Shown here in pieces: positions 1 through 8,579 of a DNA stretch of 32,000 nucleotides. The stretch comes from Candidatus Iainarchaeum sp. Lineage in GTDB: Archaea; Iainarchaeota; Iainarchaeia; Iainarchaeales; GCA-2688035. How positions within the stretch are numbered: position 1 is the stretch's first letter; each line of letters opens with the position of its first letter. The translations under genes and the position numbers were made by a program. Under the pieces are notes generated by a model. The model had not been told where the DNA came from. It did not search any database and saw only the letters and a list, made by a program, of their open reading frames with translations. The stretch lies in assembly GCA_028713935.1 (NCBI GenBank), contig JAQTNI010000008.1, positions 1 to 32,000 on the forward strand. Direction: 5' to 3'.

Positions 1-225
1 AAAATTCATTCGCAACACCTCCAATTTTAAAAAGAATTTTTTCGTGGACGTCTTGCGAATTTTGGAGGCATTAAACGCTTTGGCCTTCCACAGAAGGCAA
101 AGCTTTAAGCCGAGAAAATTCGAGTCCTAAGAAAAAATTCGAGTTATTGGAGGTGATGAAGGAATTAGCATGTGTAAGTTGTCGCCTCGAAATATGACGT
201 CTTAATGGCTCAATTATTTTTTCAA

Positions 226-597
226 TCAAGTTATATAGGCAAAAGATTGTGGGGGCATTAGGCCATATTTTTCCTTTAAACAAAGTGGTTGTTCATATTT
301 GAAAAATTTCCCGATTTTAATTGCGTAACCTCGTTCCTTGTTTAAAAAATATTTAAAAAAATTCTCTTCGGAAATTCCTGAATGGTATTTAGTTTTATTC
401 CAAAGTGATTCTATGTCATCAAAGAATATTTTTTTAATCTCAAATTCCCCTATTACTTTTTTTATTGGAGAAGAGGCGTATACAATAACTTGAGAAATAT
501 CCCGGTTTTTGAATATTAGTCGCCTATATTCGTACTGTTTTTCTCCTGAGAATATTTTTTCAGCGTATTCGGGCTTAATGGACAATAATACATTCAT
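226..597 (-). CDS. ASCH domain protein (stand-alone, PUA-like fold)
   Basis: In ORF 226..636, the N-terminus MNVLLSIKPEYAEKIFSGEKQYEYRR and the C-terminus ...LMPPQSFAYIT fit the pattern of stand-alone ASCH proteins. The preferred ATG is at 597 (cat at 595-597), with an alternative ATG at 636. The gene overlaps the stop of the upstream gene by 23 nt. Confidence 0.7.
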   Translation of the reverse strand: MNVLLSIKPEYAEKIFSGEKQYEYRRLIFKNRDISQVIVYASSPIKKVIGEFEIKKIFFDDIESLWNKTKYHSGISEENFFKYFLNKERGYAIKIGKFFKYEQPLCLKEKYGLMPPQSFAYIT

Positions 598-2086
598 TAG
601 TCTCTGTCTCCTTAAGAATTTTTTCAAAGGTTTCATCTGTGATTCTAGTGAATCCTCTAGGGGCAGAATGAACGTCTTTGATTATTCCTAAGGAAATCAA
701 TCTATTTAAATTTAGCCTTTTGGGGAAAGAATAAGCATACAGAAAATTTACAATGAAAGGTTTGTTGTACTGAGAATAGTTCCATTGTGCAGTAAGTTCC
801 TCATCCGTGAATACGCTTCTTTTTCTGCATGCTGAAATAAACACTTCACAGTCTTTGATGGACGTTTCAATATTTTCTACAATCCCAAGCGTACTAATGA
901 CCGCTTTATGATAACCACCGGTCCTATAAAAAATCAGAATGTCTCCCGATTTAAGGCCCCTCTCGATAGATCTTGAAATATACACTTTAGAAATCGCATT
1001 TCTAAATGGTGCATTTTCGGTAAAATCATCAGGCGACTCAGTTTTTAGAATAGAATCTGGAAATAAATTCGTGTGATAATCTCCATAAATAGGAACAATA
1101 AATTTATTCGCTTTCATTGACAGGAATGGATAAGTGGTTTTAGGCGAGTTTAATTCAGCATATTTTGCAAAACTGCGCACGTAAACGGCTTCTTCTCCAG
1201 ATGCAGATTTTTTAATTCCGTGGTATCTAAAACCAAAATCTTGAAGGAGATAGACTAACCTTTCTTGTTCTATCCTTTTGGGAAAGATTGTTACGTATAT
1301 CTCATTGACAGAAAATCTTTGGGCATTATCAAATATTATTTTCAAGAATCTTTCCCCCAATTTGTAGCCGTTTAGAGTGACTTTAAAAGAGCTAATTTTA
1401 AGTCTTTTTTTTCGCTGAAACACGGGCTCGATATCTTGATAGGGCTCATCTTCATTTTCAACTTTTAAATATAAAAACGCGACTATTTTGTCATCTGATT
1501 TACAAACATACGCAATTTCATTTGATTTTCCATTAAACCATTTTTCAAAACTCGCATAGTCTTCTTTAAAATTATCAAAAAAAGAGTCATTTACATCAAT
1601 GTTACCAAAATACTCTTTCTTTATGGGGAGTATCTTGTAATCAACTAATTGAGGATTTTCCGATAATATTTTTTCTAAAAAAGCATCAATTGTAAAAATT
1701 TTGGCTTCTAAACCAAGTTCCTTTCCTTTTTGATGTATTTTACGGTCTTCTGTAATTAATATATCAACTCGATTCGAAAAAAGTTCGTTAACAAGAACAG
1801 TATCATTAAGATCATTTTTACTAGAATCATATTTTTTACACAAGTTCTCCACTTTTGGATTCATTGGTGCTGAAGTTTTAAGCAAATTATAACTTTCTAG
1901 TTTAATTGCAAACGTCCGTAATTTTTTTTTGTCTTGTAACTTGCCTATTTCATCCAGAGTTATTTGATGGATGCACTTTACATAGTGCAGATTATCTATC
2001 CAATGGTATAGTTTCCCAATTTCTTCATGCAAAACAGTGTTTGATTCCCGATGGATGATAATATTAGTATCTAAAAGAACATTCAT
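575..2086 (-). CDS. PIN domain / GNAT-like / ASCH-like triple-domain fusion protein
   Basis: The ORF spans 575..2110. The N-terminus has PIN acidic motifs (MNVLLDTNIIIH, NDLNDTVLV, ILITEDRK). The middle has an acetyltransferase-like pattern (VAFLYLKVE...RLKISSFKVTLNGYKLGERFLKIIFDNA...IYVTIFP...LLQDFGF). The C-terminus resembles the neighbouring ASCH protein (IVPIYGDYHTNLFP; SGDILIFYRTGGYHKAVISTLGIVENI; ...SAPRGFTRIT). An ATG lies at 2086; an alternative GTG at 2110 overlaps the RFC stop. Confidence 0.6.
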   Translation of the reverse strand: MNVLLDTNIIIHRESNTVLHEEIGKLYHWIDNLHYVKCIHQITLDEIGKLQDKKKLRTFAIKLESYNLLKTSAPMNPKVENLCKKYDSSKNDLNDTVLVNELFSNRVDILITEDRKIHQKGKELGLEAKIFTIDAFLEKILSENPQLVDYKILPIKKEYFGNIDVNDSFFDNFKEDYASFEKWFNGKSNEIAYVCKSDDKIVAFLYLKVENEDEPYQDIEPVFQRKKRLKISSFKVTLNGYKLGERFLKIIFDNAQRFSVNEIYVTIFPKRIEQERLVYLLQDFGFRYHGIKKSASGEEAVYVRSFAKYAELNSPKTTYPFLSMKANKFIVPIYGDYHTNLFPDSILKTESPDDFTENAPFRNAISKVYISRSIERGLKSGDILIFYRTGGYHKAVISTLGIVENIETSIKDCEVFISACRKRSVFTDEELTAQWNYSQYNKPFIVNFLYAYSFPKRLNLNRLISLGIIKDVHSAPRGFTRITDETFEKILKETETNECIIVH

Positions 2087-2106
2087 TCGATTCAACCTAT
2101 TTTTTT

Positions 2107-4398
2107 TCACTTTTTTGCGTATTTCAAGAATTGCGCCAAAAGCGCTTCCAGTTGTATTCTTTCGTTTGCGCCTTCCACAATGCGAAAATCGTATTCGCCA
2201 ATTGTGTCAACAAGCGCTATCCTTGTTTTGCTCGGGATTTCCGTTTCAGGGGCATCGATTATTTCCCTGTAAAGCTGCAGCATTATGTCTTCTGCCGACA
2301 TTCCATGCTCAAACATCAGCTCGTCAAGCTTTTTCCTTGCATCCAGAAAGTTTCCGCCCAATGCAAGTTCAATCATCTGCTTTATTTCTTCAGGGCGGGC
2401 GCGGCTGCTGACGTCAAAAACAGTTTTTTCCAAAATGTTTTTTTCAAGGGAAGCGCATGCCTGCAGTATGTTCACTGCTTTTCTCATGTCTCCCATTGAA
2501 ACATAAATAATTGCGTCCAGTGCCTTTTGATCGATTTTCAGGGATTCTTTTTCCGCAATTTCTTTTAAGCGTTCCTGCATTTCTTTTGAGCTTAATGGTT
2601 TGTAACGGAAAACCACGCATCTGCTTTGTATGGGTTCAAGTATCCTGCTTGAATAATTGCAGCTTAAAATAAACCTGCATGTTCTTGTGAATTTTTCCAT
2701 TGTCCTGCGCAGAGCCTGCTGTGCGTCTGTGGTTAATGCGTCGCTTTCATCCAGAAAAATTATTTTAAAATTCGCGTTAAAGGCAAGTGTCCTTGCAAAA
2801 TCCTTTATTGTGCCCCTTACAACATCAATTCCCCTTGAATCGCTATTGTGTAAAAGCACTGGGGCAGTGCCTCCAAAAAACATTTCACTTTCTGGAACGG
2901 AAAAATCATAAACCCAGTCATTGAAAGGCTCTTTATTGATTGATTTTACTTCCACTCCAAACAAAGCTGTTTGAAGGGCTTTTTTGAGCTTTTCTAAGCG
3001 CACTTGTTTTTCAAATGGCAAGGTTTCTATGAAGCCTATTACTAATTTTTTTGACATTCTTTTGCTTTTTTTGGAGTAAAGAGCATGACGCATGAAATAG
3101 TTAAAATCGATTCCCTCGCGTTTGAATGCTTCTATAATTGGTTTTGTCGGAAAAAGGTCTGTTTTGAGGTTTGATGCGCTTGATTTTTTCCAGACAATTC
3201 TTAATTCTTTTTTGTACAATGAACAGTCAAGTCCGCATGTTCTTGCAAGCCAAGCAACATCAATCAAATTTTCTTTTGATACTGAACTGTACCGAACCAT
3301 TCGGCCCCATTCTCCGCTGGCATCGCCCATGTAGCCTTTTAAAAAATCTATTTTTAGCTGCAGGGGAAGAGAGAAAACAAAGCTGGGCACGCGTTTTGAG
3401 TGCGAAAATTTTCTTTCCTGCTCTGGCGAGTAAAAGTTTTCCCTAAAAAATTTTGCCAATTGAGTATTAAAGGCCTGCACCTGAATTGAGGATTTTTTGC
3501 TTCTGTCAAAGCCGGAGGCCCCTAATTTTGTTTTTGCTTGCACTCCAAATTTTTCTTGCAATATTTTCGCTGTTTTTTCAGCAATTTCTTTTTCTTGGGG
3601 GTAGCCCAAAGTAAAAATTACATAACCACTGGTTTTTCGCTTATTCATCAGGCCTGCACAGCCTTCTGCGAGATACAACCCAAATAGCCAGGCAATATCA
3701 GCATCTATTGTTATTTGTTTCAGGTTAACATAAACCCGAGGATTTTTTATGGTTCCACTTCTTAGTTCATTGGCGAGAATTGGCGCAAACTTTTCAAAAT
3801 CAATCTGTGTTTGTTTTTCCGATAGGCTGTCGCTGAAGGACAGCAAAATATCGCCTTTTTCAATTTTCCCGCATTCTTTTGCCGAAAAATTTCCAAAAGA
3901 ATCCAAAACTATTACTGAATGATTAAGGCTTGTTTCTACTTTTCCGCCATCAAATTTGATTTTTGCAATAGTTGAAATTTTGTGCCTTGAAATAAGTGAA
4001 ACTGGCATAAAGCAAATTTTTCCATCAAGGTTTACAGAAAGTGTTTCTAAACCAGTGGGAAGCGCATTTTTTTCTTGCTCATCTAAAAAATAATTTTGTG
4101 CAAGCTCCGAAAAATTTGTCCTGAAAATTTTTTCATTTCTCTTTACCAAGATCGGAGTTTCCGGAGTTACGCTTGCATTCAATTCCAAAAAATTCCTTTC
4201 AAAGTCTTTTCCAAAAAGCTCTTTTGCAAGCGCAACCGCTGCGCTTGTTTTTCCAACTCCGGCTGGCCCTGAAAAAAGCAGGTTTGGCACATTTGCCTGT
4301 TTTACATAGCTTTCCAGCCTTCGGATTATTTCTTTCTGGCCAATCACATCAGCCAGTTTTGCAGGCCTGTATTTTTCAATCCATGGCAATTCCGGCAT
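2107..4398 (-). CDS. rfcS: Replication factor C small subunit (clamp loader), intein-containing precursor
   Basis: Motifs seen are MPELPWIEKYRP, Walker A GPAGVGKT, LELNA...SDSRGIDVV, Walker B IIFLDESD, SRC (PIQSRC) and a C-terminal helical domain. The ATG is at 4398 (cat at 4396-4398). The ORF-track extension to 4539 has no RFC-like sequence. The exteins total 320 aa. Confidence 0.93.
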   Translation of the reverse strand: MPELPWIEKYRPAKLADVIGQKEIIRRLESYVKQANVPNLLFSGPAGVGKTSAAVALAKELFGKDFERNFLELNASVTPETPILVKRNEKIFRTNFSELAQNYFLDEQEKNALPTGLETLSVNLDGKICFMPVSLISRHKISTIAKIKFDGGKVETSLNHSVIVLDSFGNFSAKECGKIEKGDILLSFSDSLSEKQTQIDFEKFAPILANELRSGTIKNPRVYVNLKQITIDADIAWLFGLYLAEGCAGLMNKRKTSGYVIFTLGYPQEKEIAEKTAKILQEKFGVQAKTKLGASGFDRSKKSSIQVQAFNTQLAKFFRENFYSPEQERKFSHSKRVPSFVFSLPLQLKIDFLKGYMGDASGEWGRMVRYSSVSKENLIDVAWLARTCGLDCSLYKKELRIVWKKSSASNLKTDLFPTKPIIEAFKREGIDFNYFMRHALYSKKSKRMSKKLVIGFIETLPFEKQVRLEKLKKALQTALFGVEVKSINKEPFNDWVYDFSVPESEMFFGGTAPVLLHNSDSRGIDVVRGTIKDFARTLAFNANFKIIFLDESDALTTDAQQALRRTMEKFTRTCRFILSCNYSSRILEPIQSRCVVFRYKPLSSKEMQERLKEIAEKESLKIDQKALDAIIYVSMGDMRKAVNILQACASLEKNILEKTVFDVSSRARPEEIKQMIELALGGNFLDARKKLDELMFEHGMSAEDIMLQLYREIIDAPETEIPSKTRIALVDTIGEYDFRIVEGANERIQLEALLAQFLKYAKK
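2845..4173 (-). mobile_element. Intein (443 aa) with LAGLIDADG homing-endonuclease domain inside rfcS
   Basis: The insertion lies between LELNA and SDSRGIDVV. It begins SVTPETPILV (Ser1) and ends VYDFSVPESEMFFGGTAPVLLHN, followed by Ser+1. There is a block-B-like SLNH and two LAGLIDADG-type motifs (LFGLYLAEGCAG and DFLKGYMGDASG). Removing it restores the conserved LELNASDxRGIDVV. Confidence 0.88.
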
Positions 4399-4521
4399 AG
4401 CAAAAACCCTTTCAATACAAAAGTTTTCTTCAAAAACCAATAAAAACCGATGCAATAACAATTTTTTCCTGCCCCCAATTATTTTTAATTGATACGCTCC
4501 AATTGTTAATACGGTAAAAAT

Positions 4522-5061
4522 ATGGCAAACGAGCATCACCCCGAAAAAGGCTTTGACCCATTGAAAATGATTCTTGGAATCATATTTTTCATTATTGCCT
4601 ATGCAGTGCTTTTTTTTGTTGGCAGCGCAAATTCCCAGATTGGCACAGCAGTTGCAAATATTCCTGTCTTAAACCTTGTTTTGCCAATTCCGCCTGTCAT
4701 TGACCCGCCTGGAAATCTCTTTCCCCAGGTTTCAATGATGCACCTGTTATTGCCCGCAATTGGCTTTTTGATTATTTTTTTCGGCACAGATTGGATAGGC
4801 AGGTTCTTTGAAACAAAGCACAGCAAAACAATTGTTTTCCCAATAATTTTCATTATTTTCTGCCTTGGAGCTTTTTTTGTTTCGCTTTACTGGATGGCAA
4901 CAGAAACAGCAGTCCTGAATGGAGTCCCAATAAGCCAGATTGTGCCAGATTTCTGGTCTTATTTCTGGAGTGAACTCAGGGTATCCGCTTTTTATCTTTT
5001 CCTGCTTGGCGGCCTATTGGGCTGGATTTCAAAAATAGTGCTTGAAAAAATCAAGCTGTAA
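4522..5061 (+). CDS. Hypothetical integral membrane protein
   Basis: This 179-aa ORF starts with ATG and has several long hydrophobic segments (ILGIIFFIIAYAVLFFV, LLLPAIGFLIIFF, IVFPIIFIIFCLGAFFVSLYW, FYLFLLGGLLGWI). It is divergent from rfcS. Confidence 0.6.
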   Translation: MANEHHPEKGFDPLKMILGIIFFIIAYAVLFFVGSANSQIGTAVANIPVLNLVLPIPPVIDPPGNLFPQVSMMHLLLPAIGFLIIFFGTDWIGRFFETKHSKTIVFPIIFIIFCLGAFFVSLYWMATETAVLNGVPISQIVPDFWSYFWSELRVSAFYLFLLGGLLGWISKIVLEKIKL

Positions 5062-5085
5062 ATTCTTTTTTTTGCCTGGTTTTAT

Positions 5086-6342
5086 ATGCCTGAAAAGTTT
5101 TTTCTGGAGGGGTACGGTTGTTCCCTGAACAGGGCTGAAACAGAGCAGGCAGCAGGCCATCTTGAAGCCTCTGGGCTGAAACAGGTTTCAAGGCCTGAAG
5201 AAGCCGCAATTATCCTTGTCAATACCTGCGCAGTGAAAGAGCAGACAGAAACACGGATGATTTCCCGCATTAAAGCGCTTTTTGCAATTGCGGAAAAAAC
5301 AAATGCAAGGCTAATTGTTTTCGGATGCCTTCCAAAAATAAATTCCGAAAAAATTTCTGAAATTTCAAAAAAAATAATCCAGGCAGGCCCTGACCTTAAA
5401 GAATTGTCAAAAAAACTCGGGATAAAGGAAATTTCTTTTTCTCCTGAAGCCCCGCAGAAAAAATCAAGCAAATTCGTTTCAATTATCCCAATTGCGCGCG
5501 GCTGCCTTGGAAACTGCAGTTTTTGCGCCACAAAAAACGCGCGCGGAAAACTGGAAAGCCATTCCATTGAACAGATAAGGAAAAAATTTTTTGCCGAAAC
5601 AAAAAAGCCCTGTGAGGTCTGGCTTACTGCCCAGGACTGCGGCTGTTACGGCTTTGACATTGGCACAAGCCTTCCCTGCCTATTGAAGAAATTGCTGGAA
5701 AGCAAAAATGATTTCCGCATAAGGATCGGGATGATGAATCCCCAGAATGCCCTGCGCATTGCAGACAAGCTTTTGCCGCTTTTCAGGGACAAGCGCCTCT
5801 ACAGGTTTTTTCACATCCCTTTGCAATCCGGCTCCGATAAAATCCTGAAAAAAATGAACCGGCCTTATTCAAAAAAACAATTTTTTTTGCTGATAAAAAA
5901 AATCAGGAAAACAATTCCAGATGCCATGATTTCCACTGACATTATTGCCGGCTTTCCGGGAGAAACTGAAAAAAATTTTGCAGAAACAGTGAAAGCAGTG
6001 AAATTGCTCAAGGCGGACATAGTCAATGTTTCGCGTTTCGGTTCAAGGCCAGGCACTGCTGCGGAGAAAATGCCCTTGCAGCTTCACGGAAGGCACAAAA
6101 AAAATCGCAGCAGGATTCTTTCCGAATTGCAGAAAAAAATTTCACTGCAAAAAAATCTTTCCCTTTTGGGGACTGTCCAGGAAATTTTTGTTTCTGAAAA
6201 AGGGAAAAAAGGAAATTTTGTGGGAAGGCCTGTTTCTTACAGGCCTGTTGTGATTGAAAAAAATTTTCTTGGCAAAACCCTGAAAATAAGGGTTTCAAAT
6301 GTGTTTCCGCATTTTGTTTTTGGAAAAATCACAAAAGATTAG
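5086..6342 (+). CDS. MiaB-like radical SAM tRNA methylthiotransferase (archaeal MtaB/CDKAL1-type)
   Basis: The N-terminal UPF0004-like region reads FFLEGYGCSLNRAE...LVNTCAV. The radical SAM cluster motif is GCLGNCSFC. Also present are TDIIAGFPGETE and a C-terminal TRAM-like segment. Confidence 0.85.
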   Translation: MPEKFFLEGYGCSLNRAETEQAAGHLEASGLKQVSRPEEAAIILVNTCAVKEQTETRMISRIKALFAIAEKTNARLIVFGCLPKINSEKISEISKKIIQAGPDLKELSKKLGIKEISFSPEAPQKKSSKFVSIIPIARGCLGNCSFCATKNARGKLESHSIEQIRKKFFAETKKPCEVWLTAQDCGCYGFDIGTSLPCLLKKLLESKNDFRIRIGMMNPQNALRIADKLLPLFRDKRLYRFFHIPLQSGSDKILKKMNRPYSKKQFFLLIKKIRKTIPDAMISTDIIAGFPGETEKNFAETVKAVKLLKADIVNVSRFGSRPGTAAEKMPLQLHGRHKKNRSRILSELQKKISLQKNLSLLGTVQEIFVSEKGKKGNFVGRPVSYRPVVIEKNFLGKTLKIRVSNVFPHFVFGKITKD

Positions 6343-6393
6343 TTATTTATAGTTTTTCCCAATAAGAATATACACAATTAAAAGGGGTTTTTC

Positions 6394-7152
6394 ATGCTTT
6401 TAGCTCATGCGTTTTCAGAATATCTTGCCAATTTCAAGACAGCGCTTGTTTTTGTGCTTTTGCTGGTTTTTGCGCCAGTAGCCTTTCTTCTTGGAAATTT
6501 TTTTATCGGCTCGGGAACAATTTTCCTTGATTACAGTCTTTCCTATGCAAACCCCTCGCAATTGCTGCTTGCCCTTGCATTTGCAGTTGTTTATGTGCTT
6601 TTGTACTCTTTTTTTGTCTCAATAATAATTTTTTCAGTCAGGAAAGACCTCAGCACGCTGCATTTCAATTATTACCTTTCAGAAATGATAAGAAAATTCA
6701 CTTTCAAAATTTTCTGGTTTAACCTGGGCTTTTTCCTGATTTTGTTTTTTTTGGGTTCCGCCTTGTTCTACCTTCATGTTCCTGCGCTTGCAATTGCAAT
6801 AATTCTTTTCCTTGCCTCAATTTCAGTGCTTTTTGTTCCGCAGGCAATAGTGGTTGACGAAGAAAGCATTCCAAATGCATTGTACAATAATTTTGATTTT
6901 TTCAGGGCAAATTTTTCCTCTTTTGTCTATGTCCTTGTAACCGCAATAATTCTCCTCCTGATTGCACAATTAATAGAATTTGCAGTTGGCCTGCTTGTGC
7001 CAATAGGGGCCTACGTTTCCATTGTAATCTCGCTTATTTTCATAGTTCCTTACCTAGAAATAATGAAAACCTATCTGTACATGCTCAGATATGACCTGAT
7101 AAAAAACCCTGATTTGCTGCACAGAAAATCAAGGAAGAAAAAATTGCACTAA
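6394..7152 (+). CDS. Hypothetical multi-pass membrane protein
   Basis: This 252-aa ORF has at least 5 hydrophobic helices. A GGGG-type Shine-Dalgarno-like sequence lies 8 nt upstream of the ATG. Confidence 0.6.
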   Translation: MLLAHAFSEYLANFKTALVFVLLLVFAPVAFLLGNFFIGSGTIFLDYSLSYANPSQLLLALAFAVVYVLLYSFFVSIIIFSVRKDLSTLHFNYYLSEMIRKFTFKIFWFNLGFFLILFFLGSALFYLHVPALAIAIILFLASISVLFVPQAIVVDEESIPNALYNNFDFFRANFSSFVYVLVTAIILLLIAQLIEFAVGLLVPIGAYVSIVISLIFIVPYLEIMKTYLYMLRYDLIKNPDLLHRKSRKKKLH

Positions 7153-7164
7153 ACAGGCTTTAAC

Positions 7165-7941
7165 TTATTCCGCGCCGGCTTTTCTTGAATACAGGCGCCA
7201 AAGGGCCTGGTGAACATAAATTTGCCTTGCAAGCTCATCCAAAAAATGCTGCGGAGCTTTAGTGAATCTTTGGGTTACGCCATGGTAAAACCGTGCCATT
7301 TCAATTTCCTGTTCTTCCTGCATTACCTTTGCCTCTGCAACAGTTTTTTCCGCTTTTGCAAGAAATTTTAATTTTGCCTCAACTGAAGTTTGGGTTTCAG
7401 AAAAAAGCCTTTGTGCAAACTCGTCAAAATCTTTTTCTTTTTTAACTGCTTCCGCCCTGCGCTTTTCAAGTTCAACTTTTAGTTTTGCATAGTGCTGGTT
7501 TTTTTCGACTCTTTTTATTAATTTTGCGCTTTCCTTGGCCCAAATTGTTTTGTACTTTGCATGGGATTCAATAGTTCTTTGCAAATAGTCATTTATCCTA
7601 GTCATTTCTCTTGCAGCCAAGCCAATGCGTTCAATGATGTGCCCAGGCAATTTTAAAAATTCAGGGTATTTCCTGAAAAGCTCAATGTACTGCTTGCAGA
7701 ATTCATGCTCCTGCTCCAGAGCCCGTATTGCATAACGCATCATTTCCTGGCTGTGGGTTAATTGGCCCAATGCTGAAACCCATTGCTTTGTTTCCCTGTG
7801 CTCATGAAATTGTCTTATGCGGTAAAATCTGAGATAGGCTGATATTGCCTCTTTATAATGAACGCGCAGCCTTCCTGCAATCCCAATCCTGATTCTCCTT
7901 CTGCGTCCTTTTCCGTCGCCAGAAGCTCTTTCGCGGGGCAT
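7165..7941 (-). CDS. Hypothetical all-alpha / coiled-coil protein with basic N-terminus
   Basis: The ORF spans 7165..8229, but its 5' part overlaps the signal-peptide gene on the + strand. An ATG at 7941 (MPRERASGDGKGRRRR...) is preceded by AT-rich TATA-like sequence. I recognised no family. Confidence 0.5.
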   Translation of the reverse strand: MPRERASGDGKGRRRRIRIGIAGRLRVHYKEAISAYLRFYRIRQFHEHRETKQWVSALGQLTHSQEMMRYAIRALEQEHEFCKQYIELFRKYPEFLKLPGHIIERIGLAAREMTRINDYLQRTIESHAKYKTIWAKESAKLIKRVEKNQHYAKLKVELEKRRAEAVKKEKDFDEFAQRLFSETQTSVEAKLKFLAKAEKTVAEAKVMQEEQEIEMARFYHGVTQRFTKAPQHFLDELARQIYVHQALWRLYSRKAGAE

Positions 7942-8015
7942 ATAAAAATTATCAGTGAATAGTATTAAATATTTGTAAGGCATAATCCATAAGGAATTAT
8001 TTGAGGGGGGAATTA

Positions 8016-8552
8016 ATGAAAAAGCTTTTTCCAATAATTTTTTTGTCAATTGTTTTACTTGTTCTTCTGGCAGGCTGTGTTTCAAACAACCAGGCAGGCG
8101 GGCTGCCGGGCATTGGAGATTCTCTTGAATCGCAATTGTATTCCCAAAAATGTTCTCCTTCAAATTCAAGCGAAAAAATAGACCGCCTGGGTTATTTGGA
8201 GCAAAAAGACGATGTTGACAATGAAACATTCGGCTTTGTTGTCTGCAAAAGGCAGAATCTTAATACAGGCGAATGGGATGTAATAATCCAGTCCAATATT
8301 GCAGTCGGAGCAGGCCTGACAAACGCGCAGGCAACTGAAAAAACAAGTGAGGCGCAATCACAAGGCCAGGATTACCTCAAATTCGGGCTTCCATTCAATC
8401 CTCTCGGCCAAAATGATCTGAGAAACATTGAATACAGGCTTTACCAGCAGAATGGATTGCCAGCAAAAATAGAGCTTTTTGTAGTGCTGAGAAATTCCGA
8501 CAGGACAGCAAAACAGCCAAAAATCCTTTCAGTCAACTGGCCCTCCCAATAG
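8016..8552 (+). CDS. Secreted protein with lipobox-like signal peptide
   Basis: The N-terminus MKKLFPIIFLSIVLLVLLAGCVSNN is a signal peptide with an LAGC lipobox-like motif. A GAGGGGGG sequence lies upstream of the ATG at 8016. Confidence 0.6.
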   Translation: MKKLFPIIFLSIVLLVLLAGCVSNNQAGGLPGIGDSLESQLYSQKCSPSNSSEKIDRLGYLEQKDDVDNETFGFVVCKRQNLNTGEWDVIIQSNIAVGAGLTNAQATEKTSEAQSQGQDYLKFGLPFNPLGQNDLRNIEYRLYQQNGLPAKIELFVVLRNSDRTAKQPKILSVNWPSQ

Positions 8553-8579
8553 GAAAAAAGCAGAAAATAAAAGCCCAAT

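Noticed and set aside
1-160. A cluster of short repeats at the left edge. AAAATTC occurs three times, plus once inverted. TTGGAGG occurs twice, plus CCTCCAA. TTCGCAA and TTGCGAA form an inverted pair. There is a GCCTTC-CACA-GAAGGC hairpin at 83-98. AAAATTCGAGT occurs twice, at 116-126 and 135-145.
   Set aside because: Plus-strand frame 2 is open from the window edge to a TAA at 128-130 (…FVDVLRILEALNALAFHRRQSFKPRKFES). The repeats may therefore simply lie in the 3' end of a gene running off the window. The paired elements are in non-nested order, so they do not form a simple hairpin. There is too little context to call an att site or an RNA.
71-283. ORF 71-283 (-), 70 aa.
   Set aside because: It overlaps the 3' end of the ASCH gene in another frame. 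It has no recognisable motif and lies over the probable end of a plus-strand gene entering from the left edge.
4399-4539. A 47-codon N-terminal extension of the RFC ORF (MMLVCHIFTV...).
   Set aside because: RFC homology starts exactly at the ATG at 4398 (MPELPWIEKYRP). The extension is hydrophobic junk and overlaps the start of the divergent membrane-protein gene.
7942-8229. An upstream extension of the minus-strand ORF 7165-8229.
   Set aside because: It overlaps the plus-strand gene, which has a convincing signal peptide and an SD-like GAGGGGGG. The internal ATG at 7941 has AT-rich promoter-like sequence upstream. The start choice remains uncertain.
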